37,500 bases of DNA, taken from positions 1-37,500 of the forward strand of contig JABIYX010000018.1 of NCBI GenBank assembly GCA_018666575.1. Direction: 5' to 3'. A program made the translations under genes and the position numbers. This document shows, in pieces, positions 1 through 8,300 of the stretch. The notes under the pieces were generated by a model that was not told the DNA's origin, ran no database searches, and saw nothing but the letters and a program-made list of their open reading frames with translations. Position 1 is the stretch's first letter; every line of letters begins with the position of its first letter. This stretch comes from Methanobacteriota archaeon (GTDB lineage Archaea > Thermoplasmatota > Poseidoniia > Poseidoniales > Poseidoniaceae).

Positions 1-627
1 GCAAGATCTTACAACAACATGGGGTATTTGTACCGCAGAAAGAATGACAAAAGCAAGGCGTTAGCCGCATATTCGGAAGTAGAAGCAATTCTATCAAATG
101 ATCAATCCCTCCTTGGAGCGCAAATCATTCTTGGCAGAGCCTTGCTCGATTTGGGAGAAGTTGACCGTGCGAGAAAGCATGCATTTGAAGCATTTGAGAG
201 AACTGACGAGGGTGATGACCTTCTTCTACACGCCCGTGCTCAAGCCCTTCTGGGTCGTTATCATGCGAAGATGAATGATTCAGAAACCTCACTGCATCAT
301 TATTCTGAATCATTAAATGTCATGTCTGATGCCGGCGACCCTGTTTCTTTAGTTGAAATTACAATTTTACTTGGAGAGGTTCTCGAAGACAGCGGGCGAA
401 GTGAAGATGCTCTGGAGCGATATCGAGAGGCTCTCATTATTGCAGAAGCCAATGACTTGAGAATGCAAATTGGTGAATTACTTTCAAAACTTGGTGGCGT
501 TGCTCCAGATCGGCAACGTCGAATGGAGTATTTGCAACGTGCGTTGGCTGTCTTCCGTGAATTAGGTGCTAGAACACGTATGCGAGAAGTACAGGCTCAA
601 GTTCATGCTGCTGTTATGGGCCGCTAG
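1..627 (+). CDS. TPR-like helical repeat protein, probably 5'-truncated by the window edge
   Basis: Frame 1 is open from nt 1 (first ATG at 19) to TAG 625-627. The translation consists of A/L/Y/R-rich helical units (ALAAYSEVEAIL, ARAQALLGRYHAKM, ALERYREALIIAE, YLQRALAVFRELG) typical of tetratricopeptide-like solenoids. No catalytic motif seen. Confidence 0.55.
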   Translation, partial: ARSYNNMGYLYRRKNDKSKALAAYSEVEAILSNDQSLLGAQIILGRALLDLGEVDRARKHAFEAFERTDEGDDLLLHARAQALLGRYHAKMNDSETSLHHYSESLNVMSDAGDPVSLVEITILLGEVLEDSGRSEDALERYREALIIAEANDLRMQIGELLSKLGGVAPDRQRRMEYLQRALAVFRELGARTRMREVQAQVHAAVMGR

Positions 628-1094
628 AACATTGGACGGTCCAATTCCAGAGTGATTGTTCCTTCATGATGGACCACCCAGATGTACTCGACGCCAGCAA
701 GTTCGACCATACCAGAGTGCGGTGCTCCACCTGTGCCAGAGAGTGAACGTTCAGTGTCAAGTTCCCCCCCTCCGTCATACAAAATCAACCTGGTATCAGT
801 TAGTTCGAGGGTAAATTGAGATTCATCAGCTTCAGTTGCTCGCCAGTAAACTCGCTCTGCATATGATGTATTGTCGATTCGACTTGCAGTATCAGTTCGC
901 TCAATTGCAGAAGCAAGATCGTTCATGTTTGCATCGATTGCTTCCTCGTTCCATCGTTCACGAGTTGCAGTTTCGATATCATAAATCCAAAGACTGAACA
1001 TAGTGAGGAGTAATACTCCCAATAAAAATGTGAATACATATCCAAGTTCAGTTGCTGCTGCTTCAGTTCTGCGTTGAATCTGTGATTGTCTCAA
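624..1094 (-). CDS. Small class-III-signal (type IV pilin-like) protein, third gene of the pilin-like trio
   Basis: 156-aa ORF. TTG start (1094-1092) lies 4 nt after a perfect SD GGAGGTGA (1106-1099) and overlaps the TGA of the upstream gene (TTGA), which indicates translational coupling. The N-terminus is a charged segment plus a hydrophobic helix (RRTEAAATELGYVFTFLLGVLLLTMFSLWI). The rest has no domain I recognise. Contains a G7 run (764-770, coding DGGGE). Confidence 0.55.
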   Translation of the reverse strand: MRQSQIQRRTEAAATELGYVFTFLLGVLLLTMFSLWIYDIETATRERWNEEAIDANMNDLASAIERTDTASRIDNTSYAERVYWRATEADESQFTLELTDTRLILYDGGGELDTERSLSGTGGAPHSGMVELAGVEYIWVVHHEGTITLELDRPMF

Positions 1095-3280
1095 GCAATC
1101 ACCTCCGCTACATAGGCGTCAAGGGATGAAATCTGCAGAGAGAATTGAATGGGCTCTCCTGCAGTATGCCAAATTGCTTCTGAAGTCCCGTAACCTGGAT
1201 CTGGAACCCAACCCACATAATCGGTTAACAAGTCAAGTCGACCAGGATATATTGTCCAATCAAGACTTGATTCTAGGCCATCTGTTGATGCGAGAGCAAT
1301 CGCTTCACCATAGGGGTCTGCCCATCCTCTACGAACCTCATAGGCGATGTCACTTGCAAGGCTTGTTCTCTTTGAGAGTGTTACCTCCATCAAGAGTTTT
1401 CCACTTCCAACTGCAGAGTCAGAGGTTGGGTGGAGCGATGGAATCGTTGCTGCAAAACGAGGGCCTGGACCTCCACGATCTGATGGAGATACAATCACGG
1501 TGGGATTATATTCGGGATGATTTGTCACAACAGCCCCTCCAGTCATAGCAACTTCCATTCCTGTTATCGATGATTCAAAGGCGTAGGTGAATCGAGAAAT
1601 TTGCATAATCCAAGCACTGCCTATTGGTGTATATGGCTCCTCAATGACCATGCCATACATTTCCATGTGGACACTCGCAGGATAGGCCCCTGTTTGCCAT
1701 GCTGTTTGCATGTCGATGATACTACGTCCACCCATACTTTCCCAAGGCATCTTCAAATCTACCCATCCAGAAGCGGTAACACCAACCTCAACACATCTTC
1801 TTTCACCATCATGCATGGCTTGAATCAAACCATTCGTTCCATTTGTGGCAGTGATGTACATGCCGTATCCTTCGGTTGTGTTGAGGTACACGTTCTCATT
1901 GTCAAGAGTCATTTCAATTGTAGTGTCTTGATTAAGAAGAGTGTTATTTGTTGCTAAGTTTGAGGCATTGAAAAGGGTCTGATGTCCGTTGGCTCGAAGT
2001 TCAAGATCGAGGTTCTCTGTTGTAATGACGTGGAATTTCTTACCAGATTCCATGCCTGTATCAACTGCGCCGAGATGGAACGCACCGTTCGCTTCAGAGT
2101 CGCTCTGCCATTGAATTCCTACAGGCAAATCAGATGATATTGAAGCGGCTCCATCGATTCCAGATGGGGGCCATTGAACCTGGCCAGAACTCATCCCTGG
2201 AAGAGTGATGCCATTCCCTCTCCATGTAGCAGTAGCAGGTGCAATGTTTGGATTTGTTAGAACAATGTGTCCCGGTTGAGATGGCGGTATGAATGATGTG
2301 CCGTGGAGGGTACCTGTCGTACTCTTCCAAGCGGTTGCTCCTTCTAATCCATTTAATGAGAGCATAAGTTGTGCATCTGCGGTTGTTGTGAGGTGAATAA
2401 CTTGAGGGGAGTCTAATGTCAAAGACTTTGACCAAGATGTTTCAACATTGATCAATTCTGACGGAACTGCAACTTCAGTAAAAGAACCGAATTCTCCGTT
2501 CCCGTTTACCATGATGAGTTCATCTGAAACAATGTTCAATTCCACTGTTCCTTGAGGCAAAGGTAAAGCCCATGAACGACCCTTTCCGTTTGCACCTGCG
2601 TCACTTGCATGTATTTCAGTCGAGCCAGTGTTGTTTTTCATCCAGTATACTTCAAGTTCCTGAGTGGATACAATTTTGAAATCATCTCCATTAAGATCCC
2701 ACTGCGTGACGTCATCCACAAATAATTTCGCTGTTTGAACAACAACTTGACCTTGCAGCAAATCGATCTCAATCGGTCCTAGTGGGAAACTTAGTCCCGG
2801 CTTGGTTGTGAGTATCACGGTGTTGGCCCATGATGGTGCTGTGTAATGGAACGGCCGGTCAGGGCCGAGACGCATGTCTGAGAAACAGACAGAAGTGGTT
2901 GTCGATTCAGGGTGACGCAATTGGAGTTCATCATCAAAGTCGATCACGTTTCGAATTCTAAAGGAATGATCTTCTTCCCATGTTGACGAATACCACATCC
3001 CAGTACGCACCGCATCCCACTCGAGGGATCCGTCGACAGGGACAAATTCTTGTGTCACCATGTCACCTGGCATGCCTTGTTCTGCTAAGGTGGTTGTTTG
3101 TTGGTTGAATTGTGTCATCTGAGCCGCCATATCATGACGCTCAATACTTCCTTCTAATTCCTCGATCACCGGTATCATTGTAACCATCATGATGCTGATG
3201 ATTGAGAGGACTCCTCCAAACAAAAGGACTGTAGCGATTGCGGCGGAGACCGCTTCTTCGTTACGCTGTAATTCGTTCAC
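1091..3280 (-). CDS. Large (729 aa) protein with a pilin-like N-terminal helix; putative pilus-associated adhesin or minor pilin
   Basis: GTG start (3280-3278) lies 4 nt after SD GGTGGTGA (3292-3285) and overlaps the upstream TGA (GTGA). The N-terminus MNELQRNEEA/VSAAIATVLLFGGVLSIISIMMVTMI resembles a class III signal plus pilin helix. The remainder is T/S/N/G-rich with no further TM segment and no recognisable catalytic motif. Confidence 0.55.
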   Translation of the reverse strand: MNELQRNEEAVSAAIATVLLFGGVLSIISIMMVTMIPVIEELEGSIERHDMAAQMTQFNQQTTTLAEQGMPGDMVTQEFVPVDGSLEWDAVRTGMWYSSTWEEDHSFRIRNVIDFDDELQLRHPESTTTSVCFSDMRLGPDRPFHYTAPSWANTVILTTKPGLSFPLGPIEIDLLQGQVVVQTAKLFVDDVTQWDLNGDDFKIVSTQELEVYWMKNNTGSTEIHASDAGANGKGRSWALPLPQGTVELNIVSDELIMVNGNGEFGSFTEVAVPSELINVETSWSKSLTLDSPQVIHLTTTADAQLMLSLNGLEGATAWKSTTGTLHGTSFIPPSQPGHIVLTNPNIAPATATWRGNGITLPGMSSGQVQWPPSGIDGAASISSDLPVGIQWQSDSEANGAFHLGAVDTGMESGKKFHVITTENLDLELRANGHQTLFNASNLATNNTLLNQDTTIEMTLDNENVYLNTTEGYGMYITATNGTNGLIQAMHDGERRCVEVGVTASGWVDLKMPWESMGGRSIIDMQTAWQTGAYPASVHMEMYGMVIEEPYTPIGSAWIMQISRFTYAFESSITGMEVAMTGGAVVTNHPEYNPTVIVSPSDRGGPGPRFAATIPSLHPTSDSAVGSGKLLMEVTLSKRTSLASDIAYEVRRGWADPYGEAIALASTDGLESSLDWTIYPGRLDLLTDYVGWVPDPGYGTSEAIWHTAGEPIQFSLQISSLDAYVAEVIA

Positions 3281-4317
3281 CCGTTCACCACCATCCGGCG
3301 AACGTCGATTTCTAAGGAGAGGGCTAAGTCTTGTGTTTCAACTGTGAATCCATCAATTCCACTTGCTCTTTGATACGGTGAAATACCAACGAATTCATCA
3401 AGTGTACCCGATGCTCGGTTGAGAGTATAATCTGTGAGCCAAATTTCGTGATACTGAGGGTCGACAATGGAATGGAGGGTGTTTTTCACAACGACTCTCA
3501 AATTGTATGCCTCTCCAGTGAAAAGCTGAATTGGGCCTGTTGATTCAACCTTGAATCCAACATTGGGCCCGTTGCCTAAAGACTCGCTGAGTTGAACATC
3601 GGTAAGGACCATCGAGAGTCGTGTTGTGCCATCGACAAGCGTGTCTAGGCGAAGACGAGGTGCTTTTTCTATTTCCCAAGATGTGCTTGGATCTTTGGAG
3701 ATACGGGCATCGTTAATCAATACGATCTGGTTGAGTCCGCCATCAATATTGGTGCTAATACTCAGACCTGATAACACAAAGCGAGCCCATCGATGAACGT
3801 GAGTACCGCCTTCGTTGTACATGTCTACGATAAGGTGGGAGTCGCTGGTCAAATTATGTTCAATGACAGTAAACTCAAAACTAGATTGAACGTCAAAGGT
3901 AATTGAATTCGTAGGGTTTGTAATCACAACTGAAGTAACGGATTCATTGATCGATAAGAAACGGATTGAACTGCTGTTTATTTCTTCTACCTGAACCACT
4001 TCATAGGGTGTTAAATCAGCTGATAGCACCCATTCCTCAACCAATTGAACTGGATTGATTGAAGAGGCTTGCAATGAAAGTGCTTGGCGAGTTCCGGTGC
4101 CATTAGGGGCATCTCCTACGACGTCAAGTCGGTCTTCAATACGGTCTGCGATGTTGTTCGCACTGTTCCAGTTTGTATTGTCGTGAAAGGCTACAAGGTA
4201 TGGGTTCAGGAATACGAATACGCCACCCATGATGCTAACGACCATTGCCAACATCATGATGACGCCGAGAATTTCACTCACTGCTTTTTCTTCATCATTT
4301 CGCTCTCGTCGCTGCAT
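3277..4317 (-). CDS. Archaeal type IV pilin N-terminal domain protein (first gene of the pilin-like trio)
   Basis: The longest ORF begins at GTG 4338. In-frame ATG 4317-4315 lies 5 nt after GAGGGGGGG (4331-4323, SD-like), so I call that start. The N-terminus MQRRERNDEEKA/VSEILGVIMMLAMVVSIMGGVFVFL matches the archaeal pilin N-terminal consensus (..R[GA]VSPVIGVILMVAITV.., PF07790/DUF1628 type), with K at -2 and A at -1 of the putative prepilin peptidase site. The roughly 300-aa mature part has no recognisable domain. Confidence 0.65.
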   Translation of the reverse strand: MQRRERNDEEKAVSEILGVIMMLAMVVSIMGGVFVFLNPYLVAFHDNTNWNSANNIADRIEDRLDVVGDAPNGTGTRQALSLQASSINPVQLVEEWVLSADLTPYEVVQVEEINSSSIRFLSINESVTSVVITNPTNSITFDVQSSFEFTVIEHNLTSDSHLIVDMYNEGGTHVHRWARFVLSGLSISTNIDGGLNQIVLINDARISKDPSTSWEIEKAPRLRLDTLVDGTTRLSMVLTDVQLSESLGNGPNVGFKVESTGPIQLFTGEAYNLRVVVKNTLHSIVDPQYHEIWLTDYTLNRASGTLDEFVGISPYQRASGIDGFTVETQDLALSLEIDVRRMVVNG

Positions 4318-4384
4318 CCATTCCCCCCCTCTTGTCACTTGAGCATCTCGCCTGCATTTAGGGATTGACCTGCTGTTTATTGAT

Positions 4385-5284
4385 TCATAGCAATTCCCTT
4401 GCTATTCTTTGGATTGCGTTTGTTGCAAAACCATCTCCATCTCGACGGCCTATGAAATGCGAAAAGTGAGGCCCATCTTGTGCAGAGATGTTTATGTCGC
4501 CTTCAAACACCTCATCAATTTCAAACAGAACAGTGGACTCTGCTAGATGTGGTGCATTATTCATTTCCGAAAGGTGTGTTAGGGTAATGCTCCTTGTTTG
4601 ATCAGTACACACCTCTTTCAAGAATTGGCCTGTTTGTTCATTGGACAAGTGCCCTCCTCTTCCAGAAATTCGATCTTTCAATGAACGGGGGTACGGTCCA
4701 TTGAGTAATCTATTGGAATCATAGTTCGCTTCTACAGCTATGTGCTGGCAGCCATGAACATGATGAACAAGTTCATCAGTCCAAGAACCGAGATCTGTGA
4801 TAATCGCTGTTCTTTCTCCTCCATGGCTGGCTACAAAGGCCACATTTTCTGCACCCGAATGAGGAACGGGGACGGGGAGTAACGATGTGCCGTGGGAGAA
4901 TTGCAGCACATCAAGGGATTCGAAATGATGCGTGAATTCTGGTAACAATCCGAGTTCTTGGGATGTACGATGATTCGCATGAACCGGGACTCCCCAGCGC
5001 TTCTGTGCGATGAGTGCACCGCCCCCATGGTCACCGTGGTGATGGGTTATGACGATGGCTTCCAAATCATTCGGACTAACGTCGAGAAGTTTCAATCGCT
5101 TTTCTAATTGCACGCCACTGAACCCTTGATCGACAAGGATGTGGGATGATTCAGTACTTAGAAGAGTGGCATTGCCACGACTTCCAGTGCCAAGGTGCGT
5201 AATTGACAGACCCATCCCAATCAATTTCATGGGATAGCAGGCGGATATTGAATACACCGATTGATTTGTTCCAAAAGTACACAT
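4385..5284 (-). CDS. MBL-fold metallo-hydrolase (COG1235, PhnP/YycJ-like)
   Basis: HxHxDH zinc motif ITHHHGDHGGG. N-terminal ITHLGTGSRGNATLL and ILVDQG strands are typical of this family. No signal peptide. The homologous core begins at MKLIGMG, so ATG 5230-5228 is an alternative start. A 67-nt gap to the pilin-like gene downstream suggests co-transcription. Confidence 0.8.
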   Translation of the reverse strand: MCTFGTNQSVYSISACYPMKLIGMGLSITHLGTGSRGNATLLSTESSHILVDQGFSGVQLEKRLKLLDVSPNDLEAIVITHHHGDHGGGALIAQKRWGVPVHANHRTSQELGLLPEFTHHFESLDVLQFSHGTSLLPVPVPHSGAENVAFVASHGGERTAIITDLGSWTDELVHHVHGCQHIAVEANYDSNRLLNGPYPRSLKDRISGRGGHLSNEQTGQFLKEVCTDQTRSITLTHLSEMNNAPHLAESTVLFEIDEVFEGDINISAQDGPHFSHFIGRRDGDGFATNAIQRIARELL

Positions 5285-5332
5285 TTCAGAACAGAAGAAA
5301 TCGCTTCACTGTATGAACAACGCTCCATCATT

Positions 5333-5340
5333 CCTATAAG
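5333..5340. promoter_or_regulatory. Possible shared TATA-like element (CCTATAAG) in a divergent promoter region
   Basis: This is the only TATA-like motif in the 5285-5388 spacer. It lies about 50 nt from TTG 5389 on the plus strand and about 50 nt from ATG 5284 on the minus strand. That spacing fits an archaeal TATA box at about -26 plus a short SD-containing leader. Motif match by eye only. Confidence 0.2.
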
Positions 5341-5388
5341 CATGGAGAAGAGGACAAATAATGCGGCGTTAGTCGCTTAGGTGTTTTT

Positions 5389-8300
5389 TTGCGACGAAGT
5401 CAGACAACCTTACTCTCCACTCTCGCAGTAATCGCAGGGCTCCTCTTCATGTCTCAGTTCCCTACGATTTCTCCTGTTTCCAATATTTACCCCGATGACA
5501 CGACTGGTGAAAAACCACCCACTACGGACACCGACGGAGACGGGATTCCCGATGTGCATGAGAATATTTTCGAAGAATGGTTGAACTTCAGCGCAGTTGA
5601 TGGTAGATTCATTTCTATGGAAGGGATGGATAAAGACGATGCTTCTGATGCTAATTTTGATACAGACCGAGATGGTCTGAATAATACTGAAGAATACTGT
5701 TGGCCATATCCTGCAAACTGTAACGATCCTGGTTTCTCCAGAGGCTTAACAGGACTTTTGGATGAAAACGGTGATCGGTTGTATCTTGACCCACGTGTAT
5801 CCGATACTGATGGTGATGGAATGCCCGATGGATTCGAAGCTGCTATGTGTGCTCGAGCCGGTGGTTTTGATATTGTCACACTTAGATACATTTGTCCATA
5901 TTTTGATCCTCTCAACGGCAGCGATTTGACAGATGACCCTGATGAAGATGGTTTTGACGTGAACAGGGACGGATTTATTTCAGTTGCAGAACAGTACACC
6001 TCTCCAGAAGAATATCGCTATGGTTCACCAAGCAATTTCACCACTGAACTAGATGGGCTATGGTGCGCTGCAACCCTCCCTCAAGGAGCAGTCATAACAC
6101 AATGGCCGTACATTAACACTGGAATCAATGCCTCCTTCCAGAACATTCTTCCAGCGTGTACGACCAATGCAACATCTGTTGGCGGCGAAGACCTATGGCT
6201 TGGAACCGACCCTCTACTCGAGGATTCTGACAGATACAGTTGGGATGGGTTTTCTGTTCGCCCCCTCTATCCTTCGTTTGGAGATGGTATGCCTGATGGA
6301 TGGGAAGTACACTTCGGTCTCGATCCATTAAATCGTTCCAATGCTCTTCTTGATATTGATCTCGATGGGTGGGACGTAAATCGTGATGGTGTGGTTTCTG
6401 TTGATGTTAGCCGCACGGAAACTGCGTTAGCGTTGGGGGAGTCATTGTCGAATCTTGAAGAATTTTACATACACAATGACGAAGGGAACACGGTAATGTC
6501 TGGATTGAAAGAAGTTCAGATTGGGTTGAATGATTCTTCTTACTTTAGCTATCCACTCACGTTCAATGCAGTCGAAGACAGCATGGCCATAATGCACCAT
6601 GATGTGCGAAGTATTCTCGTAGAGGATTCAACCACATACGTTCTCACACGATACGGGATGACTGTACTTGATTATGAACTTGGGATAACTCAAGATTACT
6701 GGTTCCCTCAAGGTTTTACAGGCTATGAAGCAATCTTTGTTGAATCTGATTCTGGCCCCCACTCCTTGGCCATTGCAACTTCCCATGGAATGCATGTTGC
6801 AGCGATTCAAGTTGATGGATTTTTGGAGCCGATTGACTCTTGGTCGTCAAGTGAGGCTATCCCTCTTTTCGCATTGGCACAACTTGCTATTGATGGGTCC
6901 TCCCAGCAAATTATTGCTCTTGGGGCGAATGGAGACGGAGCTGTATACGAAGTGACTACAGGTGGTTTGATTTCACAAACGTTCGATCTTGGAATTAATC
7001 TCAAGGCAAGCCTTTCAGAATCCCAGGTTACCGTTACCGAGCTTACCCATGGAACCGTTCCAGGCGGCGGACTTGTGCTTTATGTCGGAACCGAGCGTGG
7101 TTTGATGACTCTTGAATCTGCAACGGGAAGAGATGAGGCGACACCTTCGTGGAGATTCTTTTTCGATCCTAATCCTTCATTGATTCCTAACCGTATCGAT
7201 GATCTTCGTACACTAAACCTCGGTGCTAGCGGCAATCCTGCTGAAGTTCAAGCGTTGTACCTTGACGGGCCAAATGAACAAAATCCTACTGTCTTGTGGA
7301 TTGGAACTCCTTCAGGTTTGCATCGACTCAATTTAGAAATCAATGACATGACTTTTGGTGGACTGCTTGAACATCCTGGCGGAGATGCTGATGAACTTTC
7401 GAAAACCAATAATATCCATTCAATTCTTCCAACTGGAGATGAAATCATCGTAGGTTCATCCGCAGGACTATGGATTCTTGCTGGAAATCATCTCGATGTG
7501 TATGGTCTTCAGACGCAATCCAAACTTCCAGGCGAACTTGCTGCTCTTGCTACACTCGAAAAGAATGGTGAGACATACATACTCGCAGGGGCTGCTCCTG
7601 GTCGCTATGCTAACCTCGAATTGATCGATCCAGGGGCAAATGATTCCGATAGTGATGGTATTCCAGATGGATGGGAAATTGCCTACGGCTTAGATCCAAC
7701 GGATCCATGGGATGCCTTGTTGGATGGAGACGTTGATGGTCTTGATTTAAATCAAGATGGTTCCCTTGACAGATTATGGACCAATCTTGAAGAGTATCGT
7801 TTCATCGCTCGTTCTGAAGATGGCTACAACTCGACGCTTCCAAACCAAAGTGACTCAGACCTCGACGGTCTGCTCGATGGTTCAGAATACTTCGGTTATT
7901 TCCTTGAAGAGACTAATTTTGACTGCTATTACAACCCTCAATTAATCTACAGTTGTGATGAAACACTTGGTGAGCAAGCTCGAACACTCTACACTGCCTC
8001 TAATGCTCTTGATATCGGTACAGACCCAACTGTTTTGGATACCGATGGCGATGGTATGCCAGATGGTTGGGAGATTGAACATCGTCGCTGGATTGGAAAT
8101 TCTTACAATGGGGGCAACAATTGGTCACTCGACCCAACTCGATCTGAGGATGCAGGTTGGGATGCAGATCAAGATGGTCTTGCTAACGTTTGTGAATATC
8201 AATGGTCATTAGTCCGCCTTGCAGGACTGGCAGGAGATCTCTTTGAAGACTATGGTGAAAGTCCTGAATCAGTAGCAACATGGTCAATTCCAGATCCCAA

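Noticed and set aside
5342-5380. A 12-codon uORF (MEKRTNNAALVA) whose TAG overlaps the SD of the giant TSP3 gene.
   Set aside because: It has no SD of its own and is too short to evaluate. It would lie upstream of the transcription start if the TATA-like element at 5333-5340 is real. Noted only as a possibility.
5487-5999. Long antisense or alternate-frame ORFs nested in strongly supported genes: 5487-5999, 8526-9053, 15658-16158, 1126-1548, 1601-1957, 24644-25069, 32090-32497, 21899-22288, 18368-18814 and many 60-110 aa ones.
   Set aside because: Each lies entirely inside a gene with clear family motifs or a coherent signal/TM architecture on another frame or strand. Translations are low-complexity (S/P/R-rich) mirror products of the acidic repeats. 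None has an SD, a start context or a recognisable motif.
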